DNA from: Marsupella aquatica
Lineage: Eukaryota > Plantae > Marchantiophyta
Assembly: GCA_973895155.1 (NCBI GenBank)
Contig: OZ316898.1
Location: 4,154,480 to 4,218,479 of the forward strand
Direction: 5' to 3'
Length of the DNA: 64,000 nucleotides
A model generated the notes under the pieces. The model was not told where the DNA came from. It saw nothing but the letters and a program-made list of their open reading frames with translations, and made no database searches. Positions 49,560-61,222 of the stretch are shown here, in pieces (position 1 is the first letter of the stretch; the number at the start of each line of letters is the position of its first letter). The translations under genes were made by a program, and so were the position numbers.

Positions 49560-52500
49560 ATGTCCTCTTCCTCTGAACTATCCAGTAGTGAGTACTCCTC
49601 CGATGACGATATACCCCCTCCTCCTCAGCCCGAGGTTACTGGTCCTCGTGGTCCACCCCGAAGACTTTGTGACTGCACCAGATGTGTGGGCCAAATTTCT
49701 CAAAAATCTTATGTGTGTGCTCAACATATTGAGAGATATGGACGTCATAGAGGTCTTACTCCCGGGGCTTCTTCATCCCATATGGTAAGTTTGTTTCAAT
49801 TGATTGCCGTTCTTTACTGTTATTTTTAGAGGTGAATCAATGTTTACACATATGGTTTACACATTTGGTTGTTTGTGGGTGTTTGCATGGAATAGGGATC
49901 CAGTATGCGTAGATTGGTGACACCACCACCCTATGTCCCATCACAAGGAGTTTTAGATGCTATAGGCAATGCACTTTCACAAGCCTTGGGTTTGGGAATT
50001 AGTACCAGTCATGGGACAGAAGGGGAACACCCTCATGTGCCCACTGAGACACGAAGACCCCGGTCCAGGCCCCAATCCAACAGGAGGCCACGAGCACCCA
50101 ATGACCCATCCAGAACACTAGTTCAGGGTAGGTGGGGTGTTTGTTCATTCACTGGCAAGTGTGCCTCTATCATCAAGGATTGGGAACCTATCACTCTTGG
50201 CTTGCCTTATTTTACAGATTTTGATGAGGAGATTGTGGTTTGGGGTAGACGTTGGATTGTGAAAACTTCCACACTTGGAGAGAGACATGGATATGGAGTA
50301 TTTGCTTGTGAGGATATCATCATGGATGAGGAGGGTGGGTCAAGTGTTCGTGGTAGAGAGGGTCCTACTTTGTTCCCATACGGTGGACCCATCTACAAGA
50401 GAAGACATTGGAACATGATCCTTGCACAACATCCTGAGTGGAAAACATATGCTCTAGAGATGGATACTTTTGATGGTAGCACTAGAAGGTATAGTGAGCA
50501 GCGGGTGATAGATGGTGATCCCATACGTAATGGGAATATTGCTGGTTTCATAAATAGTACTGTGGGGACTCAGCCCAAGCGTAGGGCCAATTGTGAGTGG
50601 GTTTTTACTGATGGTCCAATGCCGGCACCATATGGCACGACATATCATAAGGACCATTGCTTAGTTCTTGCTACTAGGACCATTAGAGCAGGAGATGAGT
50701 TATTCACACACTATGAGTGGGATTAGGAAATCATGTCCTTTATCCTCTTGCACCTATTTTGGACTTCCCATTTACTATTATATATATGGCCTTTGGGCTC
50801 ATTTTGGAGTAATAAGGTTTTAGCCCATGCATTTACTTTAATTCTTAATGTCTTGAATGAATGGTGTTAAGTCTATTTTAATTTGTTGTACTTGGTCAAA
50901 TATACATGAGGAGGTTTTTTGGTTGTAATGTGCATAGAATGCGCAACCATCTCAACAAATGTTACCACGAAGGTTGAGAGCAACATATCGGGAGATGGGT
51001 ATGCCAGAAGAGGGAGAACCATCAGAGGGTGATTCCTCATCAAGTAATGATGTAGGTGGTGCTGATGAGGAAGCCGCACCTCGGACTGATGACCAGGTCA
51101 TGCATGATCAAGATAGAGCCATGGATGACTTCATGGTTGATTGGTTTGGTGTCGATGTTGAGGATGATGTGCCTCACATTGGTCATGAGGTTGGCCCTTC
51201 AAATGACCCACGGCCACAACATACTCCAGAGGGACAACAACAATGGAAAGAGGCAGAGGAACATGCTCGAACACCTATTTTTGAGGGTGCTCGGTTGAGC
51301 CGTCTTTCTGCCATATTGGGGCTCTTGAACATTCAAGCCAAACACAAGACAAGCAATTCTATGTTATCAGACATATTTGAATATTGTCATGACTTGATGT
51401 TACCCTCGGAGAATGTGTTGCCAGGGACCTGGAAGGATGCAAAGAAGGTTCTCTCATCCATTGGTATGGATTACCATATTATTCATGCCTGTGTGAATGA
51501 TTGCATGTTATTTCACGGGGATACAGCCCATATCACAGAATGCACAGTGTGTCATGAGCCACGGTATGAGCCAAACATGCTAACCCAGAAGGTACCAAGG
51601 AAAGCAGTTCGTTGGTTCCCCATAATTCCTCGCTTGTTGCACATGTATAGATGTTCTGACTTGGCCGAGTTGATGGTATGGCACAAGAAACATCGTTCGG
51701 AGCCCGGTGTCATGCGATTACCAGTTGACTCTCCTGCTCATAAACATGTGGAATCAACATGGCCAGATTTTGAGCGTGACCCTCGGCATGTGCGACTAGG
51801 GTTGGCATCAGATGGAGTTAGCCCTCATTCACTTGGAGGGAAGGGGAGACCTACATCGGTCTGGCCTGTGGTTCTCATGAATTACAACCTTCCACCATGG
51901 TTGTCCATGAAAAAGGGTTTTTTGTTGCTATCTTTGATTATCCCAGGGCCAAAGAAGGTGAAGAACATGGACACCTATTTGACATTACTGGTTCAGGAAC
52001 TCCAGAAATTATGGGAAGGAGTATGGGCATATGATGGTCGAAAGACTACAGGGGGTACCCCACGGGTTTTCAAACTCAAAGGGGTTTGTATGTGGACCAT
52101 GCATGACTACCCAGGTAAGAACTTTGTTATTTAAATGCATCATATTCTAATGCATGGTATCCCCTCATTTCCATGTGCTAATCCTAACATAATGTGTGTT
52201 TATATGACCAGGATTTGGCTTTGTGAGTGGGTTGCAAACCCAAGGCTACAAGGCTTGCTCCACTTGTGGCCCAAGCCTTGGTGATGTAGCCAAGTATTCA
52301 TCATATCTTCGCAAGATTGTTTATCTTGGGCATACAAAGTTTCTTCCAATGGGACATCAGATGAGGCGTGACCCACTACTATTTTCCTCTATTGATATGC
52401 CCTTTGGTGACGAGCGTGATGTACCTGAGCCAACAACTTTTACACACTGGAAAGACATGGCTGCAAGAGTGGCAGACCCAGAGGATCCCATGCAATTTGA

Positions 52501-54331
52501 CGGTAGTGGCTTGACAAGGTGGAGTATATTAACCACTTTGCCCTATTGGGGTGAGTTGAAGATCCGCCATCTATTAGACCCCATGCACATTGAGGGAAAT
52601 GTGGGAAAGGCTTTGATAAAGGCTTTCTATGGAGAGAAAGACACTAACTTCAGGGAGGCTTGTGAGGATCTTGAGATGCATCCAGACGTGTGGGTCATAA
52701 GTGATCCTATCACAGGGATCGAGCATCGACCTTCAGCTCCATGGGTGCTTCCTATTGGCCAGAGAAGGGAGTTTCAGAATCGCATAGGATACATGCGGTT
52801 TCCTACTGGTTATGGTGCCAATCTCCGAAAGGCCTTTGGGATGGAGGACAATCATAAGTGGCCAAGGTATCTCAAGACACATGACTACCATAGGTTATTG
52901 CAGCACATATTGCCTGTGGCCATAATAGGTTTGGCAAGTGAAGAAGTGCAAGATGCCCTTTGGTCATTGGGAAAACTATTGAGATGGGTATGCTCTAAGG
53001 AGATATATACTGATGAGATCCCTGGGATGGAGGTTTTGGCAGCAGAGGTGGTATGCAAGTTGGAGAAGGCCCTTCCTCCTTCCTTTTTTGACTGTCAAGT
53101 GCATTTACTTGTTCATCTTGTTCATGAGGTGGCCATTGCAGGTCCTGTGCATTGTCGGTGGATGTATTGGCTAGAACGATACATGGTAGTGTTAAAAGGT
53201 TATGTACGTAACCGTGCACGGGTTGAGGGAAGCATGGCTACAGGATACTTAGCAGCTGAGAGTATGTTCTATTGTAGTAACATATTGGCCACAATTGATT
53301 GTACCTCTCCCCGTACTTGGGTAGAGGAGAGGGAAGATGAAGAGGATCGTTTAACAGGTGCTAGGAAAACTCGCATGTTGACACCAGTGGAGGTGAAACA
53401 ACTGACCACATTCATGTTGAGTAACAGCACTATCATGGAAGAATGGAGGGATTTCTATGAGGATGCCAAAAGTAACAGCACAAGACCAAGGATTTTTCCA
53501 AAGTACCTTGACTACATGAAGGAGAAGTTAGTTGAGGTGGATGACATGGTGGTCAGGGGAGAGAGTGTATTATATTTTCCGGCTATCACAGATGATGTTC
53601 GTACCATTGTTCATGGTCCCTTGAGAGTGGTTACAACAAGGACAGCAATGTGGACACAAGGAAGACATTTCAGGTGATCTCCATCTACCTTAGTAACCTT
53701 TGATTTGAATCACTTGGTTTAATTTAATTCATTTGTAATACAAGCACGTATATTGAAGAGGCAGATTCTTGGTGTGTTCAATTAATTGGAATATGTTTGT
53801 GTCTATTTTTGTGTAACATATCCTTATGGTTTGATGGATTTTAGGATTTCTTCCCTTGATGAGAAGAGGGGTCGTACCTTTGATTGTGGAGTTCAAGGAC
53901 AATTCTCTCAAGATTCCCGCAGCAGTCGCCATGACACAAATATTATTCGAGATGTTGTGCCACATTATGGAAAGGTAGAAGAGATTCTAGTGATATCTTA
54001 TGATGCACAATCAAAGTTTGAAGAGTATGTCTTCAAGTGCAAGTGGTTCAAAGTGAACCTTGCAGGTAACAATCCTACTGTGGTTCAAGATGAGTGTGGA
54101 TTTACACGACTGAAGACGTCTGCCACTAGTTTCCAGCCATCTCATTGGCAAACATCAGAGCCGTTCACTTTTCCAAGTCATGTGGAACAATGTTTCTATA
54201 TTCCATACCCCCCAAACCCAGAGGAATGGTCACTTGACATCACATATGTGCCACGGTCTCGTTCAATCGTTGGGGAAAAGCCTGATATTCTGGTTGTGTC
54301 CCAACCTGAAGATGATGAGGACCAAGTTTGA
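49560..54331 (+). CDS. CACTA TnpD-like transposase, apparently intact (predicted 4 exons, 1116 aa)
   Basis: Predicted exons 49560-49784, 50938-52114, 52212-53673 and 53845-54331 join in phase at GT-AG sites with no stops. Motifs: CDCTRC...HIERYGRH, IHACVNDC, GLASDGVSP, YNLPPW, HDYPG, DPMHIEGN, WMYWLERY, EPFTFPSHVEQCFY. Confidence 0.9.
49896..50726 (+). CDS. SET-domain (putative lysine methyltransferase) exon/ORF in TnpD intron 1
   Basis: SET motifs in order: VKTSTLGERHGYGVFACEDI, FPYGG, YALE, IDGDP...GNIAGFINS...ANC, LVLATRTIRAGDELFTHY. Open frame with ATG at 49905 and a phase-0 acceptor AG at 49894-49895. Confidence 0.88.
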   Translation, partial: GSSMRRLVTPPPYVPSQGVLDAIGNALSQALGLGISTSHGTEGEHPHVPTETRRPRSRPQSNRRPRAPNDPSRTLVQGRWGVCSFTGKCASIIKDWEPITLGLPYFTDFDEEIVVWGRRWIVKTSTLGERHGYGVFACEDIIMDEEGGSSVRGREGPTLFPYGGPIYKRRHWNMILAQHPEWKTYALEMDTFDGSTRRYSEQRVIDGDPIRNGNIAGFINSTVGTQPKRRANCEWVFTDGPMPAPYGTTYHKDHCLVLATRTIRAGDELFTHYEWD

Positions 54332-55740
54332 GGGGTCTGTGTTTGTGGATATATAGCTACACGGATATATAGTTAGATTTGATGATATGAAGATTTCTCT
54401 TCTCGGTAGAATGGAGAAATATGTGCTTCTCAATTATCAATAAACTTATGTTTTGTAAGTATATCATTTTCAAATGTTGTTTTCTATATCTCCCATCCCT
54501 ACCCCACACTCACCACACCTTTTGGTAGACTTTATGCAAAGAAAACTCATGTTGCTTGTAGTCCTCTATCCTCCATGCTTTCCTAATCCCCCCCTAGCTG
54601 TTCTCCTTATTACTTGTACCCACCTCCCTCCTCCTTTCTTTCATTGTCTGTCCCTCTTATTAAACCCTCCTTCCTCCTTCCTCTCCTTGTCCCAACCCCT
54701 GGCTTTCTATTTCAACCCTATACTTTCCTTACTTTCCACCCCTGTCCCCCACTCTTACCTATACAACCTAGCTTCTCTCCTCCCTCCTAAACCTATACCC
54801 TTAAACCTCCCTCATTTCCTTGTCCCTCTCTAAACCAATACCCTCCCTCCTTTCCTTGTCCCTCTCTAAACCCTAAACTCCCTCCTTTTTATTTTCACTC
54901 CCTAAATCCAAACCCTCCCTAAAACTATATCTACATACCCTTCCTCCTCCCTCATTTCCTTGTGCCCCCTAAACCTGTATCCTCCCTCTTGGATCCCTCC
55001 GTTCCTTGTCCCTCCTAGCCCCATTCCCTTCCTCCTCCTTTTCATTGTCCCTCCCTAAAAATTACATGTATCCACCCTCCTTTACCCTCCCTCCCCAATC
55101 CCATTCCTTTTCCACCTCTTTGAAGCGCTCATAATATTTTGCGAAACATCTTGCGAAACCCCTACACGCGCAAACTCATCGCTACATTTGCGATACTTAA
55201 CTGCTCCCTAATTGCCATCATTCCCTCATCGCAAACTTCCGAAGATACCACCATCTCAAAGTTGCGAAACCAAAACATTCACAAAATGAGACCCTAGACA
55301 GGCACAGGATTTGCGAGCCTATTACTATCGCAAGTTAGCCATATATTCCACAAACATCGCTCATTTGCGAGACAATAAGACTCGCAAAATATTTTGAGAT
55401 GCTTAAATATTCGCAACCATTTAGTTTTCCGGAGAAGCTCAATGAATTTGCGAAGCGGTAAAGATCGCTAACTTGTTCAATGGTAATTGCTTCGGAAATG
55501 TTTTGCGATACCTGAAGTGTCGTAAAATGTTGCGATGGTCTAAGTTTCGCAATTATGTGTTGCGATGTGTGTAGATTCGCTAAGTGCGATGCGTATCGGA
55601 TCGCAAGTTTAGCGATGAGATTAATCTTGCAAAGCTTTCTTCCTCTTGTAAAACGCCTTCGCAAAATTGGCAAATATGTAGTAGTGAGCAAAATTAAAAC
55701 TGATCAATAAAATTATCTAGATTGAGCCAATCTACAAGGA

Positions 55741-56037
55741 CTCGGGGGTTTCACTTCCACAAAAATGGCATATCACGTGCGACGAAGGATAGGGTCATTT
55801 CATTGGTTGTAAGGGAAGACTTAAGAATTTTTGTAGAAGAACAATAGGGTCTTTTAAATTCAATTTTGAGACTTATAAAAACATTAGGGACTTTTTAATA
55901 CAATTTTTGGAATATTCCAAGAATATTCCAACTTTATAGGAGTTAAAAAATAATATTTTTTTCTTACATTTTAGGGGGTCCAAGGCCTAAAAACGTCGCA
56001 GGTGATGGGGAGGTCCCCATGTAGTGAGACCCCCGAG
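55741..56037. mobile_element. MITE family A copy 2 (297 bp, 8-bp TSD)
   Basis: TIRs CTCGGGGGTTTCACT and AGTGAGACCCCCGAG. TSD TACAAGGA at 55733-55740 and 56038-56045. Confidence 0.95.
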
Positions 56038-57380
56038 TACAAGGAACTCCAATACATACTTCGAACAATATAAACATGTCAACTAGCCAACAAAAGAGCA
56101 TTGACTCAAACTCCTGAGCAACACAACATCATTCTATCTCACAGAACTTTCAAGGTAGCCTTGTGCAGGCAAATATAAATTAATTACCTCCACACTAACA
56201 ATCAACTCAACAACAAGACCTCAATGCTTGGCTCGTTCTGGGCCTCGTGTGTTTCTCGTTCTCCCAAGCCAGGCTAGATAGCGTTCCAGATACTGCAGTT
56301 GCAACAGTAGGAAACTATTAAGCACCAATTGTGTAGTTACATTATGGCTCAATAAAGAATGCTTCAGCCAAACACAGAGTAAATCAATTATATGGTTAGA
56401 TTAAGAGATAAAAAATGTTTGAGCCAAACATAGTTCTCTTGACTCGCAAAGGAGCACATTTGGCCCATAATAGACTGATCAAAGGTCAAATTTGTGTTTG
56501 TGAGGTCTACTGTAGGAGGAGGCAGCCGCCTAAGGTAGGCTGGCCTGCCATGGTAGTAATTTACTAAACTAAAAACACATCCTACAGGTGCACAAGTGGT
56601 ACCGTATAAAATTCTCCACAAGTGGATTAGAATAGCCATTTGTTGGGAGCTACGGTCTTCTCTGGACACATTCTTTCAGCCTATTGCTACAGCCTACAGG
56701 AAGAGGTGGAGGGTAGGAGGAGGGAGGAGTATCGTAGCTTTACCGTAGGCCTGGTATCACTTGGACAACAAAATTGATCACAGTTGCATGCGCGCGTAAG
56801 CATGGATTGCAAGAGCAGTTTGTTCAAAAGTCTCATCATCATTAGTGAGTCTAAAAACTTCCCGTGATGCGCACGGATGTATATGGAGTGATGGTTGCTG
56901 CTCCAGGAACAACACAATAGGGATTGCACAACAAGCAACGTCACTTGAGGGATGTCGACGCCCTCCCAACCCTTGCCGGTGCCCACTGCGCTAGGCCTGG
57001 GGTTCTCTCAATGCGCTGATAGGGCCTCTCCAAGCTGCATTCAAAGAGCACTGAGGAAAGCCTGAGTCCAACCCATTTGGAGCTCAACTCCTCCGTCTAT
57101 ATGTTAGAGAAGTGCACAAAATGCAGGCAAAAGGTCAAGGGGTTGCGTATGGGAAGAAAAAGCGGAAATGTTCTCCTCCTATAAACTCTACTGTAACATT
57201 GCATGGTCAGTGCCAGCATGTCCAATTTGCTGAACTCTTTGAGCTCTATAGAAAATCAACAAGATCGACAATAATTGCAACAACACCAACAAACTTCTCT
57301 TCTTCTAGGAATGCAACAAGTCCCACAAGCTCACATTCAACAAGCTTACGACAAACATGATTCAAACGATGCTATGCACA

Positions 57381-57855
57381 GGGGTAGCGAGGATCATCAG
57401 TTATCAATTTTTTCGTCGAATTTTTTTTGAATCTCAGTTGAGCAGCTAAGATGACAACTTTGCACTTCCACGCATCTCAGCTAGGCAGCTGAGATTGACT
57501 CAATCTCAGCTGACCTCACCGAGATCGGCGTGCGGACAAAAATAATGGAAAAATTTAAAAATTTAAAAAAAATTGCCAAAATTATGTGTCCGTACCGTAC
57601 GGACACCTGGCCATCTCGGTTGGCCCCGCCGAGAAGTGATGCCCGTATGGTACGGACACCCATAGTGAAAAAAATTTCAAAAAAAGTTTTTTTCTTCATC
57701 AAATTTTGAGGAAAAAAATGATTTTTTTTTTTCACATTTTTTTTTTCACATTTTTTTTCGGCACTACATCTTGGCGGCCTCTCTGAGATGATGTGGCAAC
57801 TGATATCAGGTCGACTGATGGAAACGACTGATAACTGATGATGTAACTTTACTCC
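57381..57855. mobile_element. MITE, probably Mutator-type, 8- or 9-bp TSD
   Basis: Left end GGGGTAGCGAGGATCATCAGTTATCA; reverse complement of right end GGAGTAAAGTTACATCATCAGTTATCA. Flanking repeat (C)TATGCACA at 57372-57380 and 57855-57863. Confidence 0.75.
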
Positions 57856-60097
57856 TATGCACAACTCTATACACAGTCGCTCCTATGCCACATCCGCACC
57901 TGTTGAATGCTTACAGCTCGAACAACAACCCTCTCATTAAGCCAATAGCCACTGCAATGTCTAGCTTTCAACCTCCCTTGAGCTTTCATTCTTTTCTTGA
58001 CAAATTACTAGCTAGGGCAACGGGCTGCTGTAGTGGGGTGGGCTCTGGAAACTCTCTACAGCCAGTAGGCGCCCAACATACAATATTGTTCAATAGATTG
58101 AGGAAAAGGGTTAGAAACCATACTGAAGCACGAAAGCGGAGGCCTTTGAATGCCAAAGATGATGATGAGCTTGTCCGATCTCCCGCACTCCCACGTACTC
58201 CCACAGCTACCACTTAGCAAGTCTCTTTGCGCCCTGAGAGCTAAGATAGTCGTGAATGAAGCTCTCCGTCTCGCTCCAAAATGGAACAAGAAGCAAAGTT
58301 CCAAAAAGATTTTGGCAAGGAGAGAGCGGAATGATTCCAGAGAAGCACTAAAGAATCGAAGGTCGTGAATGACAAAACGTGACCACTCACCCAACGCATA
58401 GCTTGCAGCAGTGCGGGCAGCAATGGCTCCACCACAGAGCCTCAGCATCACCCTCGACGCCAGCTCGAGCTTGGAGGCAAGAAAAGCTTTGAACTAGCTC
58501 AAGCTTGGAAGCAGCTCGAGCAATCCCCAACCAACCTTGCCTCGTCCTCCGTCCCAAGCTCACTCAGTCCTCTCCTTGCCCTTTGATCAATCTCCTAGCT
58601 CTTGCATAAGGTCGTAGCCGCCGCGCTTGCTAGTTGCACAAGGTCGTAGTCATCGCCCTTGCTAAGGTTGGCAAATGTTGAGGAAAATAGGGATTAAAAT
58701 TGACACCAAAGAGTAACCTGGGTCAATGATTCCCATATTCAAAACCCTTGGAAAAAAATGGTCGCGGTTTGGACTCCCTCCACACTCCCCGATGGTGGAC
58801 CAAGCCTTGCAACTACTCCTCCCAATGATCCCCTCCCCTCAGTCTCCCCACGTCAGCATTTAGAAACCCATCCCCAATATACTATATCATACTAAGTGCT
58901 CATATACCCTATACCCTAAACTAAGTACATGACATGTGTCCCAATCAAAACATGACACCTAGCACACAAGGGTGTCCTAATACCCTTGCATAATATAATA
59001 AATAATACCCAACACTCAATATTATAAACCCTTCGACATATTATAAATGAAAACTCAGTCTTTTGTTATTGCCTTCATTAGTATTATGGTATTCTAATTA
59101 TTAGTTGCGCAGGATTTAAAATGCCCTTTATTTGTTCGCACGTAGTTGGAAGAATCCGCCGAGTGATTCCCCAGGGGGAGTCAGTTGTGATTAGATCGTA
59201 AAATCCTGTCTTGTATCCGACTTTTAGGGTCCAAATGGTTCGAGTCATTCAGAAATATAGAGTGGCAATATAGAGCCCATATGGTCCAGAGTGCAGTATG
59301 GAGTGTGCAGGCAGTAGCCAGATTGAAGAGGGAGGGAAGATTTTCTCCAAGGAAGAGGGAGGGAAGAAGATTTGCTCACTCATTGTTCCAATGGACCAAA
59401 GCCTGCTGGTAAAAAGAAATCTGAAACAATATATTCAGGAAAAAGTTTATTGAAAGCAACCCATTCTCAGAAAGAAGCACTACAAGCTCTCAAATGAGTA
59501 GATTGAAAACATCTTGAAAACATGATGCAACTGCTACGAGTAGGCTACGAGCACAATCGAGAGCAAATTGTGCTCCATTGTGCTCAATGTGAAGGACTGG
59601 AAAACTCAATAAGGGCTAATCAAATTGAGCAGGGCATGAGGCAAGAGAAGACTACTATACAATTTTCAGCTTGTTTGATAAAACATTTGGTATTTGATGT
59701 CAATGTGTTTCACTGTGCTTTCCATCACCTGATTCACAGCAAGATGAAGCACACTTTGACTATGACAACGGAGTTTCACATGCCCATGTGGCAATCCCAT
59801 CTTAGTGATAAGTACATATGTCTAACCAAATCGCTTTGTTCATTTATTGTTGTAACATACAGTTTTGTTTTTGTAGTAGATTGAGTTATACATTTTTTCA
59901 GAATAGACCTCCAACTTATGCATCCATTCTCAAATGTGTACCTTGTTGTTCTCCTCCGGTCTAGATCTTGTCCATATCATAATCTATGTATAGCCAAAGG
60001 TCAAGTGCAAGCTAGAGGGGTACTGAAAGGATCTCCATTTTCTCCACCAAAAGGACATTGGTCCTTGGTAAAAGCAATCACTAGAGGACAAAAAGAC

Positions 60098-60210
60098 CAA
60101 AATGTTACATGGAATGGAGGTGAGATTGAAAGGTTAGATCATGCATGCCAAATGTTACATGGATTGTTTTGGTGAGATTGAAAGGTTAGATCATGCATGC
60201 CAAATGTTTG
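60098..60210. repeat. ~51-bp tandem duplication
   Basis: AAATGTTACATGGA...GGTGAGATTGAAAGGTTAGATCATGCATGCC occurs twice. Confidence 0.85.
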
Positions 60211-61222
60211 GAAGTGTGTCCAAATGTTTTGGAACTCTAGAAGCGTGCCCAATCTTTTCGGAAGTGTGCACAACATTGTTGGCAGTGCCCCCAATCGTTT
60301 GGAAGTGTGGTCAACCTTTTTGGGAGTGTGCTCAACTAAATCTTAATGACATTTCTAGTCCTTTCCCTCTCCTTTTTGAGCTAGTCCTTGGGGACTCCTT
60401 TGGTACCCCTCTAGCTTGCACTTGACCCAAACAATGATGTCGCATTCTTTGCATTTTCATCAAACAAAAGACCATGATCCACTATACCCTTTAAGTACCT
60501 TCATTGCTTTTTAGTGTACTTTCCCTAGATTTGACATGTACCTAGTACTCACCTTTCCCATAGCCATGGCAAGATAAGGTCTAGTGAAAGTCATCAAATA
60601 CATGAGACTTTCAACGTACTGCCTTATCATAAGGAACCTTTGACATCAGGCCCTTCTATGTTGCATATGTGAGATAAGAACCTGATGACAACTTGAAGTG
60701 TAGAACCAAAGGGGTACTTACTAGCTTGTTATCCCCCATGTTGAACCTCACAATTATCTTCATTGCATAACTGTCTTGCATCAACCATAGTGGATCTAGT
60801 GAGACCTAGTGATCTCCATATCCAAGATTCTCTTAGCTGGTCCTAAGTCCTTCCCTTGGGCCCTCAGCGTTACTAATACAAGAAGGACATGCGAACGATG
60901 CAAGGGTATTTTTAATGTAATGCAAACTAATTTTTATAATGTTTTTTAAAGTAGGCAACATCCATGTATATATATATATATATATTCGACATAATATTAG
61001 TAATAAGGCTCTTATCAAATACATGTCACATTAATCTTATGCAAGGGTACCCAAAATGCCAAAGTACACGCGTCATTATATGGTTGGCACACATGTCATC
61101 ACTTCATTGGCACACATGTCCATATAGTAAATCAGACATTCAATTATTTGTCATCTTAAGGCAAGTTTGATGTTGTGGCCCTCCTTATGGTGAGACAAAT
61201 GGGTTTGGGTAGACATGCTTAC

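Larger units (their letters stand above)
44792..55686 (+). mobile_element. CACTA (En/Spm) DNA transposon 2, complete (10,895 bp)
   Basis: Begins CACTACAACA at 44792 and ends TGTAGTAGTG at 55686. 3-bp TSD AGC at 44789-44791 and 55687-55689. Dense TTGCGA/TCGCAA subterminal repeats at both ends. Confidence 0.96.
37431..59176 (-). mobile_element. Large DNA transposon with P-element-like transposase and 8-bp TSD
   Basis: Left end CCCTGGGAATCATTT at 37431. Right end GAGTGATTCCCCAGGG ends at 59176 (reverse complement CCCTGGGGAATCACTC). Flanks GGAGCCAG (37423-37430) and GGAGTCAG (59177-59184) match at 7 of 8 bases. About 9.8 kb remains after removing nested inserts. Confidence 0.72.

Noticed and set aside
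57885-58451. ORFs of 64-131 aa as a second gene of the P-like element
   Set aside because: No domain signature or consistent frame; cannot be supported.
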